Counted from the first letter of the stretch, positions 12,461 through 25,664 are shown. The stretch is 64,000 nucleotides of DNA from Lama guanicoe (GCA_013239625.1 MU054001.1:2176151-2240150), one strand, 5' to 3'. The notes: a model not told the origin generated them from the sequence alone. Numbers and translations are program-made.

Positions 12461-14554
12461 TTCTTTCTCCTTTTTTTCATAGTAAAATGACCTTTATATT
12501 ATAGAATAATGGTGACAGCAAATGGCAGTTGCTCTTGGATTTTTTTTGGCAAAATTCACCCTTGGCAATCATAGGTTGATCTCCAAAGCAGAGTCCTGCC
12601 CAGCAAGCAGACTTTAGCCTATGGAGGACAGGTGATACTCTGGATTGAATAGACTTGGAGGATTCAGCAGGAAATAACAAGAGATGGGAGGAGCCCCAAC
12701 AGGCAAATGGTACATGATAGTGGAGAATTCGGAAATACATAATACACTAGCATCCATGTTCACCTCATGGAAGTCTGTCCTGATATGGCCCAAATGGGAC
12801 TGGGGTTCCAAGCCAGTCTCTGGGACAATATTAACAAAAGCAAGTCAGGGTCATTCTATGTCTAGAGTGAATGGAGATACCCCAGGCAGCTGGCCAAGAC
12901 AAGAGGGCTGAGGGGACAAGAAAAGGATCTTGGGATATAAACTGGGGTTAGAGCTAGAAAAGCAGCAAAAGTGACTTGAGGTAGAGTTTCAGGATGACAG
13001 TGTGAAGCTTCTTAAGTAACCCCCAACCTGAAGTCAGGCTTGTGGCCAGTTGAGCTCAAAGATGTAGGTTGAATGGCTCCAGGGATGAAGAAGAGGTACC
13101 ATGGAGCCTGGGACTGGGCAAGGCTATGGAAGTGACACCTGATGGTTTTGCTGGCCAAGATGTCACTCCTGCTTTCAGTAACAACTCTAATGTTTTGGGG
13201 GAGGGGCACCACCCTGATCTCCTCAGTCCAGTCCCCATCCCTGACAATGATTTGGGATGACCCAAAATCATCCCACTGGTATTTGAGGTGTTGTGTGCTT
13301 TGGTTGAACACTTGAAGAAAAAGAGAACTTTCTCTCTGCCAGGTTCTGAGGTCTGAGGATGCTCAGCTGGGCCTGTTTGGAATCACCACGTGAAGAGTGT
13401 CTGAGTAAGAGAAAAGCAGATCCCAGAGGGAGAGAGAGAGGAACCACATCTTGAAGCTACCACTGGAGTTGTGGAGGGAATGGGTAGGAGGGTGGGTGGG
13501 TGGGTGGGGGTGTCAGGGGGTCCACGCCTTCATGCAGCAGAACCTCTCAGATTTCCAGTTACTTGAGCTCCTTTTTGTTTTCCTTTCACTGAAGGCAATT
13601 TGAGTTTTGTTTTTTCAGTCATTTGCAACAGGAAAACTATTATAATCATCATTTCATTATTGTTACACTTCCACTTGATTTTCTTGTGAAAAATGGGTAG
13701 GAGGCATGAAATGCCAAGGTTCCTCCAAACACCCAGTGTTTTCTTTGACACTTTAAAATTGTCTTGAACTTCTCCTGTGTTTTAGTAGATGTGATCTCAG
13801 ATGAAGGGGAGGTGTTGGCTGACACCCTTACTAACTGGAGAGAGTCCAGGAGATGTGCCTTCAGTGCTTTGAACTAACGAGGGAAACAGAGAGGCGCGTC
13901 AGCCCCCAGAACGCAGAGGTCCCTCCACTTCTGTCCTGTAAAGTCTTGGATGTGTCGTAACTCAGGAAAATCTTTGTTTCAACAACATGGTTTTGAAACT
14001 TATCTACAAGGCCTGTTTGATGAATCAACTTTGGCTAAATGTTTAAGTTTTAATTAACAGGTTGTTTGCTGAATTGATCAAAGGGATCAATGATTTTGGC
14101 ATCCTGTGGAAACATAGAAGAGACAAAAATAAAGGCCTTGTTGATGTCCGTGTCTGGGGAATCCAGCACCCTATCTGTGAAGTAACCATGAAAATACTCT
14201 CTGGAGGAGAGACGTTGTCTTAGAATATGCAGAATTCAGGCTTGGCATAGCAGAAATCAGGACACTCTGAATTTTTACTAACATTATTGTATTAGTTAAG
14301 ACTTTTTTTATTAAAATAGGTAGAACCCAACTTGATTTGGCTTAAGCAAAAAGGGAATTTCTTGTAAAAGATACTTACATGTCTCTCAGAACCTAAAGAC
14401 AAGTTGTGTTTGGGCCTAAGAAACAACTGAAATCAGGGGCTCGAATACAGGCACAATCTTTCTTTCTTTCTTTTTCTTTTAAAATTGAGGTGTAATTGAC
14501 ATACAGCAATATATCAGATTCAGGTGTACAACATAATGATTTGATATTTGTATA

Positions 14555-14886
14555 CAGTCAGCCCTCCATATCCATGGGTTCCACATCCTTGGATTCAACA
14601 AACCACAGATGAAAATATTCAGAAAAAAAATTCAGAAAGTTCCCCAATGCACAATTTGAATTTGCTATATGCCATCAACTATTTACATAGCATTTACATT
14701 GTATTTACAACTATTTACATAGCATTTACATTGTATTAGGTGTTATAAGTAATCCAAAAATGATTTGAAGTATATGGGAGGATGTGTGTAGATTATATAC
14801 AAATACTAAGGGATTTAAGCATCCATGGATTTGGTATCTGAGGATGGTCCTGGAACCCATGTTCCATGGATATGCAGGGATGACTA
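14555..14886 (-). mobile_element. MER2-like Tigger (TcMar) non-autonomous element nested in L1
   Basis: TIRs cagtcagccctccatatccatgg / ccatggatatgcagggatgacta, flanked by TA on both sides. Confidence 0.8.
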
Positions 14887-15335
14887 TATACTTTGAACTT
14901 GTCACCACAATAGGTCTAGTTAACATCCATGATCATGCATAGGTACAGAACTTTTTTTTTTTTTTTTGTCGTGTGATGAGAACTTTCAAGATTTGCTCTC
15001 TTAGCAACTTTCAAATATGTAATACAGTATTATTAACTATAGTTGCCATGCTCTACATAACATCCAGAAGACTTAATTTACTTACTTTTTAACTGGAAGT
15101 TTGTACCTTTTGACTCCCTCCACCCTTTTTGCTCCTTTCACCTCTGGCAATCCCCAATCTGTTCTCTGTGTCTGTCAGCTTGTTTTGTTCTGTTTCAGAT
15201 TCCACATATAAATGAGACCATGTGGTATTTGCCTTTCTCCGTCTGACTTGTTCACTTAGCATATGCCCTCAAGGTTCACCTATGTTTTCACAAATGGCAG
15301 AATGCCATTCTTTTTTATAAATGAATGGTATCCAA

Positions 15336-15382
15336 ATATATATATATATGTATACATACACACACAAATATACATATATATA

Positions 15383-15446
<64 letters not shown>

Positions 15447-15448
15447 CA
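15336..15448 (+). repeat. (TA)n/(TG)n/(CA)n compound microsatellite
   Basis: Direct dinucleotide runs. These generate the low-complexity YI-repeat ORFs. Confidence 0.95.
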
Positions 15449-15918
15449 CCTATCTCACATCTTCTTTATCCATTCATCCATTGATGAACACTTAGGTTAT
15501 TTCCATATCATGGCTATTGTAAATGCTGCTGCAGTAAACACCGGAATGCATATACCTTTTTGGGTTAGTGTTTTTATTTTCTTTGGATAAATACCTAGAA
15601 GTGAAATTGCTGGATCGTATGGTAGTTCTATTTTTAATTTTTTTGAAGAACCTCCATATTGTTTTCCATAGTCATTGCACCAATTTACATTCCCACCAAC
15701 AGCACATGAGGGTTCACTTTTCTTCACATCCTCACCAACACGTGTTCGTTCTTGTCTTTTTGATAATAGCCATTCTGACAGGGGTCAGGTGATATCTTAT
15801 TGTGGTTTTGATTTCATTTCCCTGATGATTAATGGTGTTGATCATCTTTTCATGTACACGTTGGCCATCTCTTTGTCTTCTTTAGAAAAATGTCTATTCA
15901 GATCCTCTGTCCACTTTT

Positions 15919-16593
15919 TTCCCCTAGATGAAATAAGCTGAATTAATTAATTAATTAATTTTGAAGTATAGCTGAGTTAAAATGTTGTGTTAGTTTCTGG
16001 TGTACAGCATAGTGATTCAGTTATACATATGTATTTTTTTCATATTCTTTTTCATTATAGGTTGTTACAAGCTATTGACTATATTTTCCTGTGCTGTACA
16101 GCAGGACCTTATCGTTTATTTATTCTGTGTATAGTAGTTTGTGTCTGCGAATCCCAAACTCCTAATTTATCCGTCTCCCCCTTTTCCCTGTTGGTAAACA
16201 AGTTTGTTTTCTATGTCTGTGAGTCTGTTTCTGTTTTGTAAATAAGTTCATTTGTATCTTTTTTTAGATTCCACATATAAGTGATATCATATGTTATTTG
16301 TCTTTCTCTGTCTAACTTACTTCACTTAGTATGATAATCTCTATCTAGGTTTATCCATGTTGCTGCAAGTTATATATACACGCCATAACTTCTTTATTCA
16401 GTCATCTGTCAATGGACATTTAGGTTGTTTCCATGTCTTGACTACTGTAAATAGTGCTGCTATGAACACTGGGGTGCATGTATCTTTTTGAATTAGAGTT
16501 TTCTCTGGATACATGCCCAAGAGTAAGACTGCTGGATTATACGGAGAGTCTATTCATAGTTTTTTAAGGAATCATCATACTGTTTCCCATAGT
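15919..16593 (-). mobile_element. 5'-truncated L1 nested in the older L1
   Basis: Second L1 3'UTR + ORF2 end. Degenerate TSD tcctctgtccactttt (15903-15918) / tcctctgcccattttt (16594-16609). Confidence 0.8.
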
Positions 16594-17199
16594 TCCTCTG
16601 CCCATTTTTAAATCCAGTTGTTTGTTATTTTGCTATTAGGTTTCATGAGTTATTTATATATTTTGGATATTAGCCCCTTATCAGATAAATGATTTGCAAA
16701 TATTTTCTCTCACGCAGTAGGTTGTCTTTATAGTTTGTTGATGGATTCCTTTGCTGTGCAGAAGCTTTTTAGTTTGATGTAGTCCCTCTTGTTTATTTTT
16801 GCTTTTGTTACCTTTGCTTTTGCTGTCAGTCAGCCCCAATATTTCTTGTCTCTGTTTCTCTCTGTATGCTGAGTTCAATCTTTTTCTCTTATGGCAAGAG
16901 AAAACATACCCACCACTGATATTGAGATGTGCATCCTATAGTTTCAGCCACCCTCTGTGTCTTAAGTCTGGAAATTCCAGAGAATGGCTGTAATTGGTCC
17001 GTCTAAGTCTCACTCCTGGGACCAATCAGTTGTGTCCCATGTGCAGGTCACACTTCCAAAATGGCTGCTCCATTGATAATCATGATGCAGGTGGTAACCT
17101 GAACATCCGCAGCTAATCAGAGAAACTAGACAGACAAAACAATGTGGCTGTCCAGAATGACAATGACAATGCCTGGAATATTCATCACAAGGCCCTCTT

Positions 17200-18280
17200 T
17201 AATTAGTTTTCTGTTTCTGTGTAGCAAATTACCTCAAAGTTAGTGACTTAAAGTAAAACCTATTGATTAGTTCACAGTTCTGTAGGCCAGTGTCTGGGAA
17301 TGGTGTTGCTGGGTTGTCAGCTCAGAGTTTCACAGGCCTGCAACCCAAGTGTCAGCCAGGCTCTCACTTGAGCTCATGGTCCTCTTCCAAGCTCACATGA
17401 TTGTGACAGAACTCAGTTCCTGGTGGTTGTAGGACTGAGGTCCTCATTTCTTTTGCTGGCTGTCAGTTGGAGCTGCTCTCCTAGAGGTGGCTGCGTTTTT
17501 TGCCACATGGCCTTCCATCTTCAAAGCTAGCAATGGTGAATATCCCTCTTGCTGAATCTCTCTGATGCTTCTAACTCTCTTGCTAGGGAAAGTACCACTC
17601 CTTTTAAGGGCTCACCTCATGGGATCAGACACCTTGAGGATAATCTCCATCAATTAAGGACAAAGTTCTCTGTAAGACTGACTGTACTTCAGATGCCAGC
17701 TGCAAGTGAGATCCCAGGCCACCCACCCTTTGACCAGCTAGTTATGAGTTCAGGGGTTGATAATTCTCTAGGATGATTTATAGCACTCAAAAAGTAATAT
17801 TTTTGATTACACTTTTATTAGAAAGGATACACACAGGGCAAGGTATGGGAGGGAGCACAGAGCTTCCATGCCCTCTCCCTATGGAGCCAAGGTGGGTCAC
17901 CCTTCCAGCCCACCCATGTATTCACCAACCAGGATGCTCCACTGAGCCTTGGTGGCCAGAGATTTTATTGAGGGTCCTGTTGGTAGTCATGCTTGATTGA
18001 ATCACCAGCCATATGATTGATCTCTATCTCCAGTCTCCTTCTCTCCCATGGAGATGCAAAGTTCCAGGCTGGCTCCAAGTTCCAACCCTCCAATCACATG
18101 GTTGGTCTTTCTGGTGACTTTCTAGGGCCCACCATGATTTACCTCATTAGCATAACAGAGACCTTCTTCTCACTCATGAAATCCCAGGGGTTTTGGGAGG
18201 TCTATGCCAGGAACCAGGCACAAAGACAGACAAATTCTTTTTCACACCGCAAGGTCATCTTAGAATTCCGCCAACCATAT
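17200..18280 (-). mobile_element. MLT1 (MaLR) LTR interrupted by another LTR fragment
   Basis: Starts ttagttttctgtttctgtgtagcaaattacc and ends ggtcatcttagaattccgccaaccata, matching reverse-complemented MLT1E/F-type ends. Confidence 0.7.
17655..18248. mobile_element. MER21-like LTR fragment nested in MLT1
   Basis: acttcagatgccagctgcaagt...gcacagagcttccatgccctctcc...ttccaaccctccaatcacatggttggt resemble recalled MER21 motifs. Confidence 0.55.
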
Positions 18281-20919
18281 GTCTTCTTTTACATCATCCT
18301 CTTTACGTCTTGAGTTCTTCAAAGTCCATTCCATATGCAACCTCCTTTATGAGCCTTTCCCAATCGCCTCAACTGGAAATGCCCTTTCCCACTACAAAGA
18401 CTGTTTTTCTTTGAATGCAATTTTACCTTCTTTTACCACATATTCTCATCCTTACAAGTTTTCTCTCTCTAACTGTGTTGCAAATTGCACAAAAATGCAA
18501 ACTGCTCATTTATTTAAATCATCTCTTTGATTTAAATATAGCAAGAGCTCCAAAAATATTTACCTAATTGAATTGAGCATTAGAGATGAAACCACCATGT
18601 AATAAAATTTTCTCGAAGTTAAGAAACAAAATCATATGGTGACATTTAAGACCATCCCTCCATAAAAAGTTCCCTTTAAAGTTTTGGGGGAGGAGCATAG
18701 TAAGATGGCAGTAGACTGTATTTTTTTCCAGACTCAATTTATTTCTTCTGCCATTTAAGATATCATTTCTAGGTCTTAGGGGAAGTTTGGGAAACCTAGT
18801 AGAGATCTGCAAACCTTCCATCAATGTCTCAGGGACTAAGAGAATTTGCAGTATTTGTAAAATTCTGAAAAACTGGATGTCACACCAACGGAAGAGTCCA
18901 GAATTGTTAATCCCTGTGTAGTATCCCTGCATCAGACTGCTTAGCATGGGGACAGGAGGCATTTCTATGTACTCCTGGGCTTGCAGACTCTTGTCACATC
19001 TTGCAGGATCCCAGGAATGGTTGCGATTTTATCAGGGAAGATAATCAGGATTATAGGTAAAAGCATTAGGAGGAGACATCACCTTGTATCTACAGTCACA
19101 GCGATGTTTCCATTTTCTTTTTTCCAGAGGCGAGCAAAGCCCTCGTCTGTATTATGGTGGATTCACAACAGTCAGTGCCCTTAATTCTCTTCAGCTTTCA
19201 TACTCCCAAATGGTGTGTTTTCTACCTACCCTAATATCTGTTTTCAGAAATGGCTAACCCCAGACTCATAGTGTTCTATTCAAATGAAAGATTAAAACCA
19301 AGTCAAAAACCTCCCACCCTCAACAGTTGGAAACATCATCACCTTAGATGCTGTGGTGTCTTGGGAACCAAGACAGCTCTCCTTGGTGCCCTCAGTCTGT
19401 CACCATTATATTCCAGCACCCTGGAAATTGTTGATTTTTTTCCATGTGAAAATACTGGGTGATTCTGATATAGAAACTGCAGTCACCTGCTCAGGACCCA
19501 CCAGGATTTCTCAAGCCTTGAGCGCCTTTCCTCGTTTTCACGTCTGGCAGTTCTTGAAAGTTCCTCTCAGTTTCTCTCCTTTGTTTCTCTCCAAGTCTGT
19601 TTACCATTTTCACTGAGGGGTGTTTGCTCTATATGCTGTTATGGGGTCCAGAGTGTCTAATTGACAAATTATGTTGTGCTTTTGGTGGCTTTAAGTAATC
19701 ATTTAAAATAAATAAGATCATAATTATCAGTTTTCATTTACCCATTTATTAAGTAACAATGTTCACACTGAGCAGTTTGATTTTGTGTTATAATAAGGCA
19801 ATCTCTACATGATGACAGATGGTGTTTCATTTTGCCGACACTGTGCTAAAGTGCTTTGAGTTGTGATGTGTTTGATTTTATTAGAGATCAGATTTAACAC
19901 ATGCATGCTACAAAACTGCAATCGCATTCCCATTTCTCATCTGTAGGAGAAAATGAAACTGTGATGAAATGTAATATACTCACCCTCAGGCAGAACTAGT
20001 GGGACTGGGAATTGCAACATAATAAATCTAATGGATATTACACTATAGGACCCTAGAAATTTACTGTTATTATGTTCAGGGAAGGAACTCAGTTTTGTAA
20101 AACTCACTTTTATTTCACTGGCATCAGTGCAATTTCACATTATTTAACTGTTGTGTCCCAATAGCAGAGATGGTATTTGTGGTGTTGAAGAGGAAACTTG
20201 CCCCTCGAGGAACACAGGGGTCCAGGAACCCAGAAGAGAAATTGAGGGGAGAGCAAACGGCCAAAAAATTGCATTTACCAAATGCAAATTACAACAATGG
20301 CATGTTGTTAACCATAGATTGTTGGGATTGTCAGATTAAGCCTCATTTAGCCACGCTGTCAGTGAGGCACCCACTGGAGGAAGACACATTGTAAAAGCTC
20401 TGACTATGATATTGAGCTTTTATATTCCCAGCCCTCCCCATGGCCACCCCCTGGAGGGGGCGGGAATCTGAGTTAATTACACATCTCATTATTGACGTGA
20501 CTGTCGATAGAGCTCTTCTCTAATGAGGCCAGTGTCAAGTGAAATTCCGAAGGTGGAGGCAGCTTTCAGTGCTTGAGTGCCAACAAGGTGAAGCTCTGTG
20601 ATTCTCCATTTCCCTCTGAAGGTTAATGCAATGGAATCAACCCTGTTTTAATTCTGACAGTCTCTCAGGTGGTCTCCCTGCCTCTAGCCTTTACTTGTTG
20701 TTATTCATCAGGGATGAGTCTCCCCATGTTTCTCATCCGAAATGATTGCTTTCACCATGTTGCTCCACCTCCAAAAGCCTCAGTGATTCCCTGTTGTGTG
20801 GTGTTCACACCCCTCCTAATTCAGCTCTGATCTCACAATTCCTTAAATCTCTTATTCCAATGGAGTTTATCTCTTTATTGGTCATCAGACACAAGTTCAT
20901 TTCCTTCTTCCTTCTGGCA

Positions 20920-21445
20920 TAAGGTTCTTTGGGTTTCACATAAAAGAAACCAAACTCAAATTTATTTAGGCAGAAAGAAGAAGTTTCTCGGCTCACAAAA
21001 AAAGGAAGGCAAGGCTGGCTGGATACTTGGCGCAGGTGGAACTTGGAACCAAAATGCTTTTCAGATGGCCTCTCTCAGGCTTGCTCTACTCTAGATACGA
21101 CAAGTCACACCTTCAATTACTGTGGAACTACTTCTTCTTTAGAATAGGAGATAAGAGAGGAGAGGAAGTGAAACTCAGCCAGTCTTCCTGGTTCAGGTTC
21201 AAAAATTCCAGGGAAGGACTCTGATTGGCCTGATTTATGTCAGGTGCCCATTTCTGGTATGATAATAAGATAGCCAAGACATTGAGCCCTGTCATTGGCC
21301 CAACCTGGTTTAGGGTAAGTTCTTCCTATAATAATTCTGGCCAGGAAGGTAGGGTCTGTAATGTGATTAGAATTGGGACATGGAGCATAGACAGGAAAGG
21401 AGGGGAGCTGCTACTCTGAGCAAAATAATCCATGTCCACCACATG
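20920..21445 (-). mobile_element. Old MLT1 LTR
   Basis: agaaaccaaactcaaa...ttccagggaaggactctgattggcctgattta...catgtccaccaca. Confidence 0.55.
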
Positions 21446-21559
21446 TGCCTAGTTATGAGACTGCCACCACCTGCTATGCCTATTTCCTTCTCCCCCTTCT
21501 ATACGAACCTGAACTGCCTGCCTGATAGAGTAAAAGATCAGGGCTGGTGAGAGAAAAGC

Positions 21560-21740
21560 TAATATTTGAGTGCCTAAAAATATGGGTGTTATCTAAACAA
21601 ATTCCCACTGTTGCCCTGTAAATCTGGTCCTCTTACCCATATTTTCCAGATGAGCTTAGAAAAGTGATTTACCTTGTTCAGGGCATTCAACTAGGAAGTG
21701 ATTGAGCCAAGTTTAGAAACCAGCTCTTTTGGACTCTGAT
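21560..21740 (-). mobile_element. MIR fragment
   Basis: atatttgagtgcct...cccatattttccagatgag...gagccaagtttagaaaccag. Confidence 0.55.
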
Positions 21741-22259
21741 CATCATTCAGACCATGTAGAAGAGATTCAGTTCTTATGAACTGTGCTAGAACAGAAAAAT
21801 TTAGAAGTACTTGTTTATATGCTCCTAAACACATGATTGTTTAAAAACATGTGACTATTCAATTACCTCAGTTTTATATTTGGGTTACTTAAGAGCAGGC
21901 AGACAGGATGTAGGAGTGAGAAACATTTTGGTTCCAAGTTCCACCTGTGTCAGGTATCCAGCTAATTATCTAATGATATTCTCTTGGGAAAGGACTAGTT
22001 CTTGTCGTGTCAGGTCTCATTCCTTTACTCAACAAGTATTTATGGACACCTGCCATATTAGTTAATAACCTTCACATATCATTTTCTTTTTTTATGGATT
22101 TTATGTTTTTACACCATTTACATTCATGCATACAGTTTCCCTTTTACTCAAACTGGTCATCTCATGATTTTCTGATTTGTCCTGCCTCCTCACTTTTGCA
22201 AGAGCAGGTCCTTTGGCTCACAAAGCCCCCTCCCACTTCTGCTGTTTAAGTCTTGCTTA

Positions 22260-22510
22260 TTCTTCAAGGGTTAATTCAAACTTCATGTCCCCTATGAACT
22301 TAAATGCCCCTCCCCACTCTACTCTACTCATTTCTGTAATGTGCTCACTTCTCTAAATATTAGAGAAATGACTTGCTCTTATTTAGCTTCTCAAGCCCAC
22401 GTATAATTGTGAGCTTCTTAAGGGCTAGAATGATGTCATGCTTTTCAGGAACCCTATAGCAAACTAGCACAGAACTGGGTACATAACAGGTATTCAATAA
22501 ACATTGTTTA
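22260..22510 (+). mobile_element. L2 3' end
   Basis: ttgtgagcttcttaagggc...tagcacagaactgggtacataacaggtattcaataaacattgtt. Confidence 0.7.
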
Positions 22511-22609
22511 TTAAAATAAGAAGAACTTACATATTTATATAAAATTACTTAGAGAAATGCAATGGATTACTATAAGACTATGTACAGTGCCTCTGTAAAC
22601 AATGAAAGA

Positions 22610-22850
22610 GTGATATAATGGGCTGTTAAGCCTACGGACTTTGCAGTTACAAGACAGAAGGATTTGAATCTCTGGCTCATGTTGTTGGTTGGTGTAGAGT
22701 CCCAGGCACACCTTCATTTCCTCATTTGTGAAGTGGGAGTAAGACTGCCTATTTGGAGAAGTGTCTACTGTGAGAATTACATGAGATGCAGTTTATGAAG
22801 TCATGAAGTGCTTAGCACTGCCCCTGATGCATCAGTGTGCACTGTAAGTG
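22610..22850 (+). mobile_element. MIR SINE
   Basis: ggatttgaatctctggctc...tttcctcatttgtgaagtggg...gtgagaattacatgaga. Confidence 0.7.
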
Positions 22851-23239
22851 ATAGGTAGGTGTAGGCACACACACACCAAGAGTCTGAAAGGATTAGGTTC
22901 ATATGGATTGAGGGTAAAGAGAGTGGCTGTCTCCGCTTAGCTCCAGGGCTTGCTCATCTTTTGGGGGCCATCTATACGTGTGAGGTTCTGGTGTGAGACG
23001 CAGAGAGACATGGAGGAAGGGGAAGTTACCCTAGTATCTGAGCTCCAGGTAAACGATCAGATCAGGTAGGCTTTAGACCAAATTCAGTTTGGTTAGTTTC
23101 CTTCTTGAACTCTCAGTAAGAGGGTGGGTAGAGGGAGGGTCGTGTTTACAAAGGCAATAAATACAGTCTATAATAATCCATTACATTTTTCTAAATAATT
23201 TTTATATTAATAAATGAGTTTTTCTCTGGTTAGATAGGG

Positions 23240-24390
23240 TAGATGGGGTAGGCTTCTCAGGAGATGACAATTTGCCTTTAGACTTGAATGACAGGGAACC
23301 AGCCATGTGAAACCCCGGGAAAAAACAACATTCCAGGCAAAGGGAACAGCATATGAAAAGGTCCTGAGGCAGGAATATGAGGAACAGAAAGAAGGCTACA
23401 GTAGCTGAAGCCAGGTGGGTAGGGGATGGTATGTAGAGGTCAGATCACACAGGGCTTACTAAACCATCATAGCAAGTTGGGATTTTATTCTAATTTCAGT
23501 AGGAAGCCATTGGAAGGTTTTAAGCAAGGGAGTCACTTAAAAGGCATTTTCCAAGATGGCACCCAGTGATCCTTGCTCCATGGTATTCACATCCTCCCAC
23601 ACTGAGTAAGACTGACCTTTAACTAACAGGCTAATTGGGAATGACAGCTGTGACTTCTGAGACGAAGCTGTAAAAGACATTGCAGTTCCTGCCTTTCTTT
23701 CTCTCTCTTCACTCTGGAGGAAGCCAGTTGCCATGCCATGAGGACATTCGAGCAGCTTCAGGAGAGGTCCATGTGGTTGGAAACTGAGGCCTCCAACCAA
23801 CAGCCATGGGCATGAGCCACTGAGGAGGTGGCTCTTCCAGCCCCAGTCCAGCCTTTGGATGACAGCAGCCCAGGCTGACATCCTGTCCCATCATTGCAAC
23901 CTCATGAGAGATTCTGAATCAATACCACTTAGTTAAGCTGCTTTCAGATTCCTGATCATCATAAACTGTGTGGGATGATAGCTATCTATTCTTTATCTGA
24001 AGCTGCTAAATTCGACAGTCGTTCGTTCTGCAGCAATTGATAACTAATTCAAATGGTATCATCTGATTTAATTTTTCCACACGGGCTGCTTGGTGAACAA
24101 AGAACTGCGGAAGGTAAAGAGTGAAAACAGGAAGACACTGAGAAGGTTTCATAGGTATTTAGCTGAGTCTTGGTGGTGGCTCGAATCAGGGAGGCTCTCA
24201 CCAGGGGTGATGAGAAATGGTCAGCTTTGGTGGAGCTGATGGGATTTGCTAATGGGTTTCCAGATGGGGCTACAGGGTGGGAGAAATCTTGGTTGGCTCC
24301 TTTCTTTCCAGCCTGGGTAGCTGAGTGGATGGTAGTATTATTTACTAGAAGGGGATGGAGCCATGTGGAGAGGCAAATCTGGACTCCACT
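23240..24390 (-). mobile_element. L2 fragment split by an MLT1 LTR
   Basis: cattccaggcaaagggaacagcatatgaaaaggtcctgaggcagga...ccattggaaggttttaagcaaggg. L2-like text resumes after 24050. Confidence 0.65.
23538..24050 (+). mobile_element. MLT1F-like MaLR LTR
   Basis: ccaagatggcacccagtgatcc...gaggaagccagttgccatgccatgagg...cagccccagtccagcc...gcagcaattgataactaattca. Confidence 0.8.
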
Positions 24391-24945
24391 AGACACAAAA
24401 TAAAGATTGCATTGAATGAGAGAGAGAAATTGAGAGACCTTAACCAGAAGCAGTTGTTTTTTTTTTTTTAAATTGTCACCTACTGGCTACAAATAAGAAC
24501 TGTCTCTGTTTCAATAAAAACACCTTCAGTCAGTACCTTGGAACAGGCTTCCTTCTCCTCAATTAAGTGGAAGACAATTAAATTAGAGTCCAGCTTCGAG
24601 GAGTTCATTATGCCTCATCGAAAATGATAAATGACTCTTGGTGACCTTGTCACCTCGCCAACTTGGGCCCACCTCGTTTTTCAAAGAGCTAATGAAACTG
24701 ATGGGCTTCTCCCTCCTCAGTAGCAGGGCCAACAAAAACAGCACACACCGTGAAAGGCGAGGAAGCGCAGAAGGATGCAGAGAGAGAAAAGGAGAGAAAG
24801 CTCACACTTGACATTTTGACAATTGGCTAAATGACTTTGAAGTGCAAATGTAAAAAAAAACCAAACCACCACCCATTTACATATTGATTTCCTATCTGTT
24901 CTACTGCTTTTAATCCACCCATGCTTGACATACAACACTAGGAGC

Positions 24946-24980
24946 TGTGTGTGTGTGTCTGTGTGCGCGCGCGTGTGTGT
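24946..24980 (+). repeat. (TG)n/(CG)n microsatellite
   Basis: tgtgtgtgtgtgtctgtgtgcgcgcgcgtgtgtgt. Confidence 0.9.
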
Positions 24981-25149
24981 TGGAAGTGGGGGGCAGAGGA
25001 CAAATGGTAATAGGGGATGCTTTGGAGTTGACAAAGACAACCATTACCCGAGACTGAATAAAGACTCAAATTTCAGTCCCAGCGTGACTGGGAAGGGACA
25101 AAGCTGGCTCTGGAACCTGGAGGAGGCAGGAGGGAAGGGTTAGGAGTAA

Positions 25150-25320
25150 TGCTTTGGATCTGGACTTGAGTTCTGTTTCCCCTGTATTCCAGCTGTGTGG
25201 CCTTAAGCAAGTTACTTAACCTCTTTGAGCCTCACTTTCTTGGTCTGTAACCTGGGAATGATCCCACTGCACAGGCTTGTAAAGAAGACTGAGTGAGGTT
25301 ATGCACATGAGACACTCACT
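25150..25320 (+). mobile_element. MIR SINE
   Basis: cagctgtgtggccttaagcaagttacttaacctctttgagcctcactttc. Confidence 0.8.
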
Positions 25321-25472
25321 TAGCTGCTGCCAGACCAGGGATGAGCAGGTATCTTTGCTGTTTTATTCTGACTCCCAAGTCAATAAATTTTCCACTGCAT
25401 CATATCCTATGTTATCAAGCGAGCAAATCTGCTGACTATTGAGGAGTTCTGGTTAAAATACATGATTTAGGA

Positions 25473-25664
25473 CAGGATTTGGCAAACTTTTTTAAAAATA
25501 AAAGGCTAGTACACGTTTTAGGTTTTGGAGACCATATGGTCTCTGTCAGAATCATTCACTTCTAATATAGACAATACGTAAATGAATATGCATGGCTATG
25601 TTTCAATAAAACTTTATTTAAAAAAGCAGATGGCAGCTGGCTGGATTTGGTCTCCCAACCCCTG
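25473..25664 (+). mobile_element. MER58A-like hAT-Charlie MITE
   Basis: TIRs caggatttggcaa / tcccaacccctg and an 8-bp TSD atttagga (25465-25472) / atgtagga (25665-25672). Confidence 0.85.

Larger units (their letters stand above)
14465..16830 (-). mobile_element. Older L1 (3'UTR + ORF2 C-terminal region) carrying two nested insertions
   Basis: ORF 15497..15727 ([18 protein letters not shown]...) is L1 ORF2 C-terminus. L1 sequence resumes after each nested insert. Confidence 0.85.

Noticed and set aside
15263..15590. YI-repeat ORFs (also 1067..1267)
   Set aside because: Translations of microsatellites.
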